From assembly GCF_018977255.1 (NCBI RefSeq), contig NW_024704742.1, positions 113,958,001 to 114,022,000 on the forward strand: a stretch of DNA of 64,000 nt, written 5' to 3'. Positions within the stretch are counted from its first letter, which is position 1; every line of letters begins with the position of its first letter. This document shows positions 26,415 through 39,767 of the stretch, piece after piece. The translations under genes were made by a program, and so were the position numbers. The notes beneath the pieces are model-generated. The model was not told where the DNA came from. It searched no databases and saw nothing but the letters and a program-made list of their open reading frames with translations. The stretch comes from Callorhinchus milii. Lineage: Eukaryota.

Positions 26415-28322
26415 CTTAGTTAAAGAATAAAAGGTTATTTAAGAATAAAAGGTTGGTCAAACGTAAGGTGTGTCCAATTAGGGACCAAAGGGAATATCTT
26501 CTTGTGGAGGCAGAGGGCATGGCTGATGTACTGAATGTGAACTTTGCATCTGTCTTCACAAAAGAAGAGGATGCAGCCAATGCTACGATATTGGAGGAGA
26601 GGGCAAAGAAATTGGATAAGAATAAACCGAGAGAAGGTACAAAAAGTTGATGGTGCTCAAGGTAGATAAGTCACCCGGTCCAGATGGGATGTATCCTAGC
26701 TTACTGAGGGAAGTAAGGGTGGAAAAACCGGGGTGGTGCCAGAGGACTGGAGGGTTACAAATGTTACTCACCTGTACAAAAAGGGGCAGAAGGATAAAAT
26801 CGGCAACTACACGTCAGTCAGCCTAACGTCAGTAGTGGGGAAACTTCTAGAGACTATAATTCAGGACAAAATAAATTTACACTTAGAAAAATATGGGTTA
26901 ACAAAAAGCCAGCCAACATGGATTTGTTAAAGGCGAATGATGTTTTTTGATGAAGCAACGGAGAGGGTGGATGAAGGTAGTGCAGTTGATGTAGTTTATA
27001 TGGATTTTCAAAAGGCGTTTGATAAAGTGCCACATAAGAGACTTGTAAGCAAAATAGAAGCCCACGGTATTAAAGGGACAGTGGCAGCATAATAATAATA
27101 ATCTTTGCATTTGATATAGTGCTTTTCACGTCGGGAGGACGTCCCAAAGCGCTTCACAGAACACACTGTAAAGTGAATTGACTGTATATTTGTGGGCGAA
27201 CGCGGCAGCCAATTGCGCACAGCAATGTCCCACAAACAGTCGTAGATTGAAAATGACCAATTTATTATTGTTTTTGGTTTTGGAGGGATTATTATTAGGC
27301 TCTGTGTGGAGTAAGGAAACTTGCCCAAGGTTTCGCCCTCTGCCTGGAATTGACCTCAGGTCTCTCACTTGCAAAGCGAGTGCTCTAACTACTGAGCTAC
27401 AGGACTCCACAAATGCTCACATTCTGTATCATGGATACAGAACTGGCTGGGGGACAGAAAGCAGAGTGAATGGTTGTTTTTCTGACTGGAGGGAAGTGTG
27501 CAGTGTTGTCCCCCAGGGGTCAGTATTGGGACCACTGCTGTTTTTGATCTATATAAATGACCTGGACTTGGGTATAGAGAGTACAATTTCCAAGTTTGCA
27601 GATGATACTAAGCTAGGAAAAGTAGTAAACAGTGAGCAGGATAGTAGCAAACTGCGAATAGACATAGGTAGATTGGTAAAATGGGCAGACACTTGGCAGA
27701 TGAAGTTTAATGTGGAGAAATCAAAGTGATTCATTTTTGGGAGGAAGAATCAGGAGAGGCAATATAAGCTGATGGTACAATCTTAAAGGGGGTGAAGGAA
27801 CAGAGAGACCCTGGGGGTTCATATTAGTAAATCTTTGAAGCTGGCAGGACAGGTAGATAAAGCTGTTTAAAAAAAAGCATACGGATACTAGGCTTTATAA
27901 ATAGGGGCATAAAATACAAATGTCAGGAAGTTATGATGAACCTTTATAAAACACTGGTTAGGCCTCAGCTAGAGTACTGTGTTCAGTTCTGGGCACCACA
28001 CTTTAGGAAGGATATCAAGGCATTGGAGAGGGTGCAAAGAAGATTTACCAGGATGGTACCAGGAATGAGGGACTTCAGTTCTCAAAAAACGCTAGGGAAG
28101 TTAGGATTATTCTCCTTGGAGCAGAGAAAGTTATGATGAGACAATTCGATAACAATTTTTAAGAGAGAAGTAGATCATTATTTGTGGAGGACAAGTTTGC
28201 AGGGCTATTGGGAGAGAGCAGGGGAGTGAGATTGAATTGGATAGCTCTTTTCAAAGAGCCAGCAAAGACACGATAAGCCAGATGGCCTCCTTCTGTGCTG
28301 TATGATTCTACGATTCTATGAT
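26415..28322 (+). mobile_element. CR1 ORF2 fragment and 3' end, interrupted by a SINE
   Basis: VPEDWRVTNV, SLTSVVGK, VPQGSVLGPLLF, FADDTKL, LEYCVQFWAP; 3' end attctacgattctatg at ~28305-28321. Confidence 0.9.
27090..27411 (-). mobile_element. Full-length young tRNA SINE inserted in CR1
   Basis: Complete head, core and tail on the minus strand; CR1 is collinear on both sides (gcagcat / ggatacagaactgg). Confidence 0.95.
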
Positions 28323-28999
28323 TAATGTCGAGAGGATTGGTGTGAGTGCCGTCTTTTTCAAGGCAGATAATCTGTTGCCATGTTTGGTGCGACATCTATC
28401 ATAGCATGGATACACTCGAGTCATCTGCAACAGAAAATAAAAATTCATTGTCAGAAAAATACTAGGGGGGCAGGGTTTAACAGGACTTTGTCAACACCCT
28501 GTAGACACGGGACAACTTTATATCTCCTTTATGATCATAAGGCAAATGTGATCAGTTTTTTTTTGTGAAGACCTAATGGTTCTGAAATTGTTGGAAATTA
28601 AAATGATTGAAGTCCATTTAAAAATACTCAATTTAGCTGAAAGGAATTCTGTTGAATTTTTCCCTGGGTTAAATATTAATTTTCCATTAGTGAATACTAA
28701 GTCATCCAGTGATAAATTGATTAAAATTATTTAATTATCTCTTTAACAACCAGAAACCACTTGGATGTTTGCAAGTGAGCCTGGATTTATAGTGGGTCCA
28801 ACACATACTGTTCACTAAGTCAAGAAAAATATACAATATAAATGTAGAATTATGTTAGCGTTAGTTCAACATAAGAGTCTGCAGGTAAACAATCAGAGAT
28901 GCTGATTATAAAGCAAGTCAACAAGAGACCACATTTCAGAGATTCACAATCTGCTCACATTGAACAATTTATCAAAATGAAAAATACATTTATTTAATA

Positions 29000-29385
29000 A
29001 TGATAGTAATAATAATCCTTGCATTTGACAGTGCACCTTATCAAGTCGTTGAGCCTTTGCAAAGCATTTCATAGGATTTTACTGTAAAATGTACTGACGT
29101 ATATTTGTTAGTGAACGCAGCAGCCAATTTGTGTACAGCAATGTCCAAGTCCCACAAAGAGCCATGAAGTGAATGCTCAATTTTTTATTTGGGGAACTGT
29201 TTGCCTTGATACCATTAGAAACTCTCTTTACTTTTTCAATAGTGCCATGCGATCTTTAACAGCCACCTGAACAGGCAAAAAGGACCTTGATTAGACATCT
29301 CATCCAAAAGCTTCAACAATGCATTCCCAGTTTAAACCCACAACCTTTTGACTTGGAGGTAAGAGTGTTACCAACTGAGCCAGTC
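29000..29385 (-). mobile_element. Old DeuSINE
   Basis: Tail aataatccttgcatttg; body caatagtgccatgcgatctttaac; head aaacccacaaccttttgac...agagtgttaccaactgagcc. Confidence 0.75.
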
Positions 29386-30092
29386 AGACTCCATTAATTT
29401 GGTGGAATAACAACAGTGCCCACCATTCTAATTTGTCAAAATCCTGCTTGTTTGACCTTTAATGAAAGAGGAATTCCAGTGTGAAACACAGATCAACATT
29501 ACATTTAGTTCATGATGTTAAGGCATGTTTGTTGAGAAGACGTATGGAAAGATCCTACAACCACTCTAATCTGGAGAATTGTCAAATAAGAATAAATCCT
29601 TGCATTTGATATAACATCTATAATGTCTCAACGTGCTTGACAACGTTTCTGTGGTAATGTATTTATAGGCGAATGCAGCAGCCAATTTCCTCATCACGTA
29701 AATCAATAGTACCTGGAAGCAGCCTGTTTGCCTGCCTCTGTACTCAAGTAATATTCTTCCTTTGACCAAGTGGCTCAAACTGCAAATAGTTGTATTTTTC
29801 AGTAAGAATATTGGTCTAAAACTAAAGTAAATTAACCATACATGTAGTCTAAAACACCACAATTTCTTACATGATTTAATAGATTTAGCCCACAAAATAC
29901 ACACAGTCACACCATTTTACAGTATATCCTGTGAAGAGCCTTAAGATGACGATGTCATAATTATTATTATTGATGGATTCTAAATGGGAAATAGAGTTGC
30001 CTTCTGGTAATCTACTATATGTCACATAGCTCCCTCAGCACCTAGTTAGTGAACTAAAAGTCCTGATGTGGGGCTTATGGATCAACTTGTGT

Positions 30093-31020
30093 ACAATACA
30101 ATACAAAATACAATACAAAATTACATTTGTAAAGCGCCTTTCACATCGGGAGGATGTCTCAAGGCGCTGAACAGTCAGGGATTAGGACCCGAGCTGGGGT
30201 AGGGGGAGTTGGTATCTGGGAGGGTGGAATGAGGAGGGTAGAGAGGGTAGGAGGGTGGTCGAAGACATGGTCGAAGAGGAGGGTCTTGAGGACTGCCTTG
30301 AAGGAGGCAAGGGAGGAAGTAAGGCAAAGGGAATGTGGGTTGGAGTTCCAGAGAGTGGGTGCAGAGAGGCTGAATACCTGACCACCGATGGTGGGATCGG
30401 CCGGGCGGGGGACATAAAGCAGGCTGGAGCCTGCTGATCGGAGGGAGCGGACAGGTTGATAAGGGGTTAGCAGGTCGGAGAGATAGGAGGGTGCAAGGCC
30501 ATGGAGGGTCTTGAAGGTGGGGGGTGAGAATTTTGAACTTGATCCTCTCAGGGATGGGGAGCCAGTGGAGCCATGTGAGGGTGGGTGTGATGGGGTCATG
30601 GAGCCTGGTGCGGGAGAGAACACGAGCTGCAGAGTTCTGGATGACCTGCAGCTTGTGGAGAGAAAAGCCGACAAGCAGGGCATTGGCATAGTGGGGCCTG
30701 ACTGTTCAGCGCCTGGCCTGGTTGTAATGAAGACATGTACAAGGGTTTTGGCGGCCTGAGGGGTGAGGTGGGGGAAGGCAGAGCGAGTCATGGCACGGAT
30801 GGGAGGGAGAAAGGACAGTTGAGGGTCGAACAAGACACCTAGATTCCTGACTGGCTTGGTGAGGTGGAGTGTGCTTCCTTGGATGCTGATGCTGCCAGTT
30901 GCAGAGGTGCGGAGGCGCTGGCACAAGCCAATCCGGAGAGCCTCAGTCTTACTGATGTTCAACTGTAGAAAGTTGGCTGTATTCCAGGACTTGATATCTG
31001 ACAGACATGTAGTGGAGATG
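30093..31020 (-). mobile_element. L2 3' ~0.9 kb with (ATTGT)n-type tail
   Basis: ORF track LNISKTEA-like, VRNLGVLFDPQLSF, TLHGLAPSYLSDLL, LWNS, FKAVLKTLLF. Confidence 0.9.
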
Positions 31021-32324
31021 TAGTGGAGATCCCATGGGCCAGCATAACATACGCATGGTTATCAGATCAAGTCCTTATTTAAAAATCGGGGTTAGAAGTG
31101 ATCAAATTTTAGACCCTATATATCGAATTTTTTGAGTTGCTTCACAGGACAGATAATGGTGAGTAACAAATTTGACCTAACCAATTTTATTTGATTTTTC
31201 ATTTTCATTGTCACTTAGATATATTTATGTTGCATATTTCCCCTTAAATAAACCTCAGATCTTTCATTCAGAGAGTGGACGAGACCATTAGACTCTCATT
31301 ATACATGGCAAGGTTACATACAGTGCTACAGCACTAAAAAAAATCAATAACTTAGTGACAGGAGACACGGAGGAGTTGGCTGAAAAACGTGGACTAGGAA
31401 CCTTGGAGTCAATCTTCCAACATTTCTTAACAGATTTTCAAATTAAGAAATAGAAATATGGATGACACCAACTTGTGGGAATGCTCATCTGACACAATCC
31501 ATTTTCAAAGCAGTTTCTCAACGCAAAGCGACATGAGAATTTCCTCAATTTCAATTACAAAATCTGAGCTATCTATTAATCTGTTTCTAAATTATGAAAC
31601 CCATTAAGAAATACTGTAAAATCAATCTTTTTTTCAGATAACTTAAGTTAAATCTACAGAGATAGATTAAAAGGTTCAAAAATGTTCAACCGTGATTCTT
31701 AAATTATCCAAACAGTAGTACAATATCGTAAACCACACCTTGGAACAATTGAAGTGTAACCCACAAATGACTCTAACCCTGAACCATAACTTTACCTTTC
31801 TCAGTTCTACACAATAACTGACAGAGAAAGATAGGTTAGTGTTTCAGGCCTGACCCTTCATGGTCATCTCTTTAAAAATCTAATCCTAATTCAACATCTA
31901 AAGCAGCAATAATCCTTGCATTTGTTATGGTGCTTTTCATATTAGCGAAACGTCTCAAAGCACTTCACAGGATGTTATAAAGTGGAGTGATTTGTAGGCA
32001 AAGTGGCAGTCAATTTGCACACAGTAATATTCCACATGCAATGAAATAACATGAAAAGTCACATATGTCTTTCTCTTTGAGATGCTGTTGACCATCTGTG
32101 AACATGCAGGAGTTCTACTTTGAGTTCAGACTTTCAACATTTAGTTTCCTTTCTAAGGATCCAGAACTATCGAGGATGTTAAGATTCTCATGGCCAAGGC
32201 TGCTCTTTCAAATGTGTTCAATTTAACATATCACTGAACAAAGTGCCGCAAACAATACTTCCACTAACCAATTTAGACAAAATGATGCCAGTACAGGAAC
32301 TGGTAATGAATGATACAATTATTA

Positions 32325-32625
32325 TCCTAACATTTTCATATAGTGCCTATCACTTGTTGAGCCATCTCAAAGCTCTTCACAGAATTTGCAAAGTGTAGTG
32401 ACTAGTTTGTAGATGAATATAGCAGCCAATCTTGCACACTGCAATATCTCACAAATAGCCATGAAGTGAATGACTGATTTTATCCGGGGGGATTGTTAAC
32501 CAAAACATTGTCTTTCTGAAAAGTGCCATGCGATCTTTAATGTTCACCCAAACAGACAGATGGGACCTTGGTTTAATGTCTGATTTGAAGGAAGGCATCT
32601 CCAACAATGCAGTTGGAGCCTAGAC
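32325..32625 (-). mobile_element. Old DeuSINE
   Basis: gcagccaatcttgcacac...gtgccatgcgatctttaatgttcacc...ccttggtttaatgtc. Confidence 0.7.
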
Positions 32626-33276
32626 TGTAATTTAAAAATGTATGTGACAAAGTGACCACAAATATTTCAAAATGTTTACTGTCGAAATTTGATATACTAT
32701 AGTTGGGGCTGACCAAACTTCTGAAACTCCTTAAATAAAAAATTATTCTGAACGTTTATATATAAACGCTGACTTTCCTGACCTCAGTTGAAACTTTTCA
32801 AGTCTAAGATAAGTATCAGAGACATTTCAGAGATGTTAAAGGTTGGAGAATATTAATATTATTATTGCTTGTTTCAGAAAAACATTCTGGAATATTAAAA
32901 TACAACTGAACAAATGATGCAGTGAAATTAATACAAAACTGTCCAAATGGGATTTATGTGTTTATAATGGCTGTCAAGGATTCAGATTATTTTGTCCCAG
33001 AAGAGATGTTTGCTGTCATCTGGATTGTAGGCTGCAATGTTTAATAGTTAGGAGACCATGTGAGATGAAAGCAGAGTTCAGTAAAGGAAGAGGGCACAGC
33101 CAAAAAAAAAATTCTAAGACTCATATCAGAGATTTGTATCTTGAGATGTTGAGCCTAGCCGTTGACTTTCATCATTAACCACTTTTGAAGTTTGCAAATT
33201 GAATAGAATTTCAAATAAGGACATAAGGGATCGCTGAACGTCTTTGCAGTCCCACACACCAGACTGTACCAGACAA

Positions 33277-33530
33277 CAGCAACAAATTACATTTACATAG
33301 CGTCCTACACGTAGGATAGCATCTCTGAGCGCTGAACAAGGGCAGGATTGGATACTGAGCAAGGGTGAGGGGTGGTCAAAGAAGTCTTCAGGTGCGATTT
33401 GAATATGGATAAAGAGGGGACAAGGCAGAGGGATAGAGTTCTAGAGTTTAGGGGCGAGCGACTGAAGACTTGGCCACCAATGATGTTGTGGAGGGATCAT
33501 GGGGCTTACAGCAGACCTCTGGGTGAAGAG
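33277..33530 (-). mobile_element. Old L2 3' end
   Basis: caacagcaacaaattacatttacatagcgtcc tail; ctgaagacttggccaccaatg. Confidence 0.65.
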
Positions 33531-34080
33531 AATGATTTTACAATAGTAAAGCAATTGCAATTTGAGAGAATTTGCTCTAGAATTATGTCAAGAGTCCAGG
33601 ATCATATTGATTTCAGAATAGGCCTACTACTAATTTGCTTTTTGAAGTTACCATTTATTTAAATATTAACTTTTAACATTTTGCCTGTTGTAGGTCAAGG
33701 AATTGGGAACCAGAACGTGTGTGTCAGGGTACTGTTGGGATTGAACCAAGTGAATCCACAATTTACTAATAAAAGGTAATGATAAGTTTCCTGCTGCTTG
33801 TTCAGCGAAGGCTACTCTACCTCATCGGGTGCTGAGTTATCAAGAGTAAAGTGGAAAAGTCACATCTCCCAGAGTTATGTCTACCTTTCCAAGTCTAATT
33901 TATGAGACAGGCTGGCTAGTGCCTGGAATGCTGTGGCCCAGATATTGGATCTCCAAGTCCGCTGCAGAGTGATGATTCAGCTTCCCTCCCTCTTCTGCCA
34001 TAGAGACTCCACTTACCTCCTTCTCCCTGCCCCACTTCTCACAAGTTAGTCAGCTGACTTCACATATTAATATGTTAGAC

Positions 34081-34287
34081 CAGTTATCCCCAACCTTTAT
34101 GGTTGGCCAACAAAATAATTTTTCATGGTTAAATATTTCTTGATCAAGAAAAAATTCAATTAGGAAAACAACATAAACATACTTCTTGAACACAGACTTG
34201 TGCAAATGTTTGGGTGGGGGGGGGGGGGCGGGTTGACCTCTTGATAGCCCTGCAAGTTACTTCCAACTCGCAGGTTGGCCACAACTG
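34081..34287. mobile_element. Non-autonomous hAT-type DNA transposon (MITE), 207 bp
   Basis: 16 bp imperfect TIRs cagttatccccaacct / aggttggccacaactg (13/16); flanked by 8 bp near-direct repeats tgttagac / tgttggac. Confidence 0.75.
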
Positions 34288-34650
34288 TGTTGGACACTAC
34301 AATGTATTCAGGGGACAAAAACAATACTGAATGTGGGAGTTAGCTCTGGCTAATCAATACTGTCAAAAATGAGGCATGTCATAAATAGGATTTGTGAACA
34401 TGAACTCCTGCCACATTGCTCCTGCGAACTCTATCTGACATGCTGGGAAATAATTCGTGTTAAAACAAATCCATTTTGCAGTGCTTCTTGCTTAAGACTC
34501 TTTCAGATAATTGAAAATACGGCATGCACATCATGCCATCTGAGGGAATCCCACTCTGAATATAGATCAAGTCGTCACGTTCCAGCAAGACCACACCATT
34601 GACTTCAATGTTTCTTAATTAAAATATCTTGCAAAATGTATGGCAGCTGT

Positions 34651-34957
34651 ATGTATGAACTGTGTGAAGAACTTGGCTGTACCTTTTACAAGCAATAAAA
34701 AGTTAATTTAAAAAGTATCAATTGCAGTTTCATGTCACCGACTCCTAATTGAAAATGTAGAGGCCATCCAGTGGAATATAATATAAATTAAATCCGGACC
34801 TCATTGATCCAAGGTAATGCAATGTCTGACGTTCTGTCCTTTAATTCCTGGGAGAACAAAGGCCATTAATCTAAAAATATCTTAAGGCTGAAGACAGCTG
34901 AGCATTGATTGCCAGACAAGTCAAAGTGACCACAGTCCTTCCAGAGACACTGGTTGC
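34651..34957 (+). repeat. Unclassified ~300 bp element, copy 1
   Basis: Alignable along its length with 51890-52170; no resemblance to the SINE/LINE families here. Confidence 0.8.
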
Positions 34958-35174
34958 TGTTACATCAATCAGAACAACGTACCTTGGCTTCAGAATCTGA
35001 TCAAAGATGTAGACTGAGGAGGCTGCAAATCAATTCAGATCATATTTTATGAACATCTGTAGAAAGGGTTAAATAACAGAGCTTAGACCTTAGAACTTAT
35101 ATGGTTTCAAATAGCACAGCAAAGTTATGGTAGCTGGCCTCTAGTCTCCAATTAGACTGGGATCAGATCACTAA

Positions 35175-35350
35175 GTCCTAAAGCAAATACCATCAATGTA
35201 TTCAAGAGAAACTTGATGCGTATATGGAGGAGAAGGGAAAAGATGGCTAGGAGAGGGGAATAGGAGGGATGAGGGCTCGTGTGGAATATAAACACTGGCA
35301 CAGACTAGTTGGGCCAAATGCGCAGTTTCAATGTCATATCAGTCCATGTA
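35175..35350 (+). mobile_element. Old CR1 3' UTR end
   Basis: ttcaagagaaacttgatgcgtatatgg...gggctcgtgtggaatataaacactggcacagactagttgggccaaatg. Confidence 0.7.
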
Positions 35351-35419
35351 ACTTTATGTATATAAAATCATATGGTGCAGTTATGTCTGGGATCGGCACT
35401 GAGGTTTCCGATAGCTGCA

Positions 35420-35565
35420 TTATAATAATAATAATATCCTTGAATTTGATATAGCGCTTTTCACGTCTTCTAGACGTCTCAAAGCGCTTCACAGAATAGA
35501 ATAAAGTGAATTGACTGTATATTTGTGGGTGAAATGCAGCAGCCAGTTGCGCACAACAGTGCATT
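35420..35565 (-). mobile_element. SINE 3' fragment
   Basis: atagcgcttttcacgtcttctagacgtctcaaagcgcttcacag. Confidence 0.85.
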
Positions 35566-35887
35566 TGTGAGCACATTGCAAGGTAAATGTGGCATGAATT
35601 AGCTTCATCCGCATCAGCCAGGTTACTGTAACAAGGGCATCATGCTGCCTGTTTCCGATCTGAAGGAAAAGTGTTTTCAGTTCTCATTTAGGGTGAAATG
35701 AAGCTGATCCTCTCAGACCCTGCTGTTTCCTGTCTGAAGAACAAAGGAAATAGTCAGAATTGAAACTAATCTGCTTCTTTCATTCATTCAGAAGTCTGTT
35801 GTGCAACAACGTGTACTTGCTCTTAAACATGTGTGTGAATGGAGCTTCTCTAATGGTCTGGTGGGTCAAGATTTTAGGCTGAATTGC

Positions 35888-35987
35888 AGTAAGGAAACTT
35901 GCCCAAGGTTTCACCCTGCCAGGAATCAAACCCCAGTCACTCGCTTGCGAGGCGAGTGCTTTATCCACTGAGCAACAGGGCTCCACA
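35888..35987 (-). mobile_element. Isolated SINE tRNA head
   Basis: gtaaggaaacttgcccaaggtttc...ctcgcttgcgaggcgagtgc...cagggctccaca. Confidence 0.8.
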
Positions 35988-36019
35988 TCACTGAGCAATA
36001 GGGCTTTGATTCATCCATT

Positions 36020-37490
36020 CATCCATCCTTCAGATGAGAAGTTAAATCAAGGTCCAATTTGCTTGTTCAGGTTAATGTTAATGATCCTGTGGCACTATTT
36101 GAAAAGAGAATTAAGTTTCCCTCTTCTCGTGTCCTGGCCAACAATCACCCCATCCCCCTCCCCCCACAAAATGTGGTCACTCACTCTCCAGCTGTTTGTG
36201 GGACACTGCTGTGGGCAACTGGTTGGTGCATATTGCTCACAAAATACATAGTCAATCCACTTTTAGTATATCATATGAAGCGCTTTGAGTCTCAACAACA
36301 ACAACTTGGATTTATATAGCGCCCTCCACACCGGATGGTGTCTCAGAGCACTTTACAGTAACAGATCCCGGAACTGAGCCGGGGAGGGGGAGGAAGGTGA
36401 CCAAAGGCGCAGTCAAAAAGAAAGGTCTTCAGCAGAGACCTGAAAATGCGAAGGGAGGGAGCGAGACGAAGGGAGTGAGGAAGGCTGTTCCAGAGCCTCG
36501 GGGCATAGTGACTGAAGGCACGGGCGCCGAGGGTGGAGCGGAGGACTCGGGGGATGAGGAGGAGGCCAGACCCGGAGGAACAAAGGCAACGACTACTGTT
36601 TTGAGGAGAGAGGAGGTTAGAGAGGTAGGGAGGTGCAGAGGAGTGCCAGGACTTGAATACAAGGGTGAGGATCTTGAAATCGATTCTCTCTGGGACAAGC
36701 AGCCAGTGCAGGCTGGCAAGGACTGGGGTGATCGGGGAGCGTAGTTTGGTGCGGGTGAGAAGGCGGGTGGCAGAGTTTTGAATGATTTGGATTTTATGGA
36801 TGGTAGTGGCTGGGAGACCGGCAAGGAGTGCGTTAGAGTAGTCCAGCCGAGAGGTGAAAAAGGCATGGTCCATGGTTTCAGCAGCTTTTGGGGAGAGGTA
36901 TTGGTGGAGACGGGCAATGCTTTGGAGGTGGAAAAAAACGGTGCTGGTGAGGGATCGGATATGGGGGAGGAAGGATAATTGGGGGTCGAACTGGTACGCC
37001 TAGGTTGCGTACGGGTTCAGAGAGTTTTAGGGAGACGTCGGATAGGTGGAAGAGGTGAGATCTGTGATATTTTAGACAATGACGAGAGCCAAAGAGTATA
37101 GCTTCCATCTGGTCAACGTTCAGCTGAAGGAAGTTTGCGTTCATCCACCCCCTAAGGTCTGACAGGCAGGCTGACAGAACATTAGGGGACTGGCGGTCGC
37201 AAAGAGAGGTGGAAAAATAGAGTTGGGTGTCATCTGCATACATGTGGAAATGTACCCCATGTCTGCGGATGTCATCCCCAAGAGGGAGCATGTAGATCAG
37301 AAAGAGGAGGGGGCCAAGGATGGATCCTTGGGGTACCCCGCAAGTAAAAGGGTGAGAGAAGGGAGGAGAAGCCATTTGTACAGATGTACTTCTGGCGGTT
37401 TATGAGGTAGGACTCAAACCAGGCGAGTGCGGTCCCGCTGAGGTGGATGACGTGATAAGGCTCTATATCAAGTGCAAGTATTATTATTAT
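36020..37490 (+). mobile_element. DeuSINE (36020-36292, tail 37449-37490) split inside its 3' stem-loop by an L2
   Basis: ...gaagcgctttgagtct | L2 | gacgtgataaggctctatatcaagtgcaagtattatt. Confidence 0.75.
36293..37450 (-). mobile_element. L2 LINE 3' ~1.15 kb (RT C-terminal half)
   Basis: GVPQGSILGPLLF, HMYADDTQLY, SRLDYSNALL, LHWL, LWNSLP; (AAC)n tail. Confidence 0.95.
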
Positions 37491-39649
37491 TCTGCCCATA
37501 CTGGAATAGTCTGTCAATGCTGACTGATGAAGTTCAATGGCAAAAAGTGGTCATTTGGGGGATGCTACAGGAGTGTGACTGGCACAAGCAGAATCGTATC
37601 CCAGTGGAAGGAAAAAGGAGATAAAATTGCCTTAAGAAATAAAGGAGGAGGGGAGTAAACCAACAGAAAAAAACCATGGCTCCGCAGGATGTAACTGTTG
37701 ATGGCACAGTGCACCAGATGTCTGTGCGCTGATGCTGTTCAGGAAAAGAATATTCGAGCTGCATTTTCAAGTTACTCAATGCAAAACTGGGTAACCTGAG
37801 CTGTGTAACACTATCAATAGTTTAGGAGCAGGAGATTATGTGCATTTGATTCAGTTATGTTATTTTCCAGTGAAGGTTTTCCAGATTCTAGTAGCACATG
37901 GCTCTTAATTCTGTTAAATCATCCTTGACTTGCACATTTGTGCATCACAGTAGGGGAGGTTTTCCATATTTTTTGCAACGTAAGGACAAATCACTGAGAG
38001 GGCTACTTTTCAAGGATTCCTGGATCCAATTATATCCTAGCTTTTAACAGTTGACCGATGAGGAATTGGGGTACCTCTTTGTGCATGATTATAAAAACTG
38101 CAATTACAGATCAAATCCCACTGTTGGTTAGCAATAAAACACCTGAAGTAAAAACAGAGACATGAGTAGTGTATGTATTGCTCGGGTTGTGACTCTGGTT
38201 TGTTCATTGCAGAAACTTCGAGGTGAAAAATATGATTTAAGGTGATAATTATCAGTTAGCAATTTTCAACCATTCTGCTCCCGCTTTCTGCAAGTTCATC
38301 CCAGAGTCCTTCTGATTTACTTGATCCCTCCCTTCGATTTAAGGTCCATCACAAGACATGCCCCTTTGATCATTTTTCTCTCCCCAATCCCTTTGACTTC
38401 CGCACCCACCTCAGGCACCCAGCCAGCAGTGTCAAGTGCTTTGATATGTCCTCCTAACATGAAAGGTACCAAGTAAATATAAATTGTATTCTACCATAGT
38501 TAACACTGTTGGTTAACTTGGACTGAGCCAACTGGTACCCCAGGAAGTGACACTGAAATGACAAGTTCTGTGGGTGACAATAATAATAATAATAATCCTG
38601 ACATTTGATATAACGCCTTTCACATTGAGAGAACGTCTCACAGCACTTAACAGGATTTATTGTAATGTGTAGTGACTGTGCATTTTGTATGCGAATGCAG
38701 CAGCTAATTTGCACACAATGCCAAGAATGACTTTTAGAATATACGGTTCCATCTTAAATGATTTTTGAGCTTTCTTTGTACAAATCCCTCTTTTACTTTA
38801 TTTTAAATAAATGCATTTTATAGTACTTACGTTCTCCCAAGCCCACATTGGTTTGTCTAACACTGAAATAGCCACCTTCAGAAACTTCTCACACACTGGC
38901 TTGTTCTACGCTATGAAATGTAATCCAGATGCTCTTAATGTTTCTTTTTAAAAGGATATAGTTTAGACCCGTGCACTCTATGTTGAAATAAAATGCTGCA
39001 ATGAAATGCTACACGTTCCTTTCTTGTTAGTCAGATCAAAAGTTGTCGGCTAGAATTATTTCTTCAGTTAGGTCCATGACCTTTATTGACAGTGATATAG
39101 TGTCTAGACACTTTCTGTGAGACAAAGAAAACAGACTGTTATTATTTTTTAAACAAGCAAAAATAATGTTTTTAAATGCCTAAATCATACCTAACAGGAG
39201 GCAGAAGTTGCATAACACAGACAAGAGGGACTAAACACACGCTTTGGGCGCAAAAAACGTGCTTTAAACCAAATGGATATTATAATTATTTGGGAAGCCA
39301 ATTGTGGAGCACGTTTCAGGAAGCGCTCTTAACTGGTCAATAAGTATTATGTTTGTAACCTAGCACCAAAGAGTAGCAATAGTAATGATCCTTTAAAAGG
39401 ACACAAATGAGTTTAATTGTTTTTTAATGGCTAAGAATGGGCAAATGCAGATGTGGGGAGTACACCTTTTCAGCAAATGTGACAAACCCCAATGTGATGT
39501 GCACATAGATATATGCTGAATAAAGGCCAACCGTTAAAGGTACATCAGAGTGTGCTTAAAAATAGCTGCCAGTTAGTATTTCCAGGTTGAGCTGACATCA
39601 CTTCCCACCCGAGCATCTCCAGTGGTTGCTCAGACACGTTTACACTTTG

Positions 39650-39767
39650 GGAGGGGTGTACGGATAGGTCAGGAGAATGGAATTGAAAAAATTGCTCTTC
39701 AAAGAGCTAACACAGACACAATGGGTCAAATGGCCTTCTGTGCTGTGAATTTCTATGGTTCTATGAT
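39650..39767 (+). mobile_element. CR1 3' UTR end
   Basis: gctcttcaaagagctaacacagacacaatgggtcaaatggcc...ttctatggttctatga. Confidence 0.8.

Noticed and set aside
33694..33775. Plus-strand exon (gttgtAG ... aag|gtaatg)
   Set aside because: Only one open frame, no recognisable peptide and no partner exons
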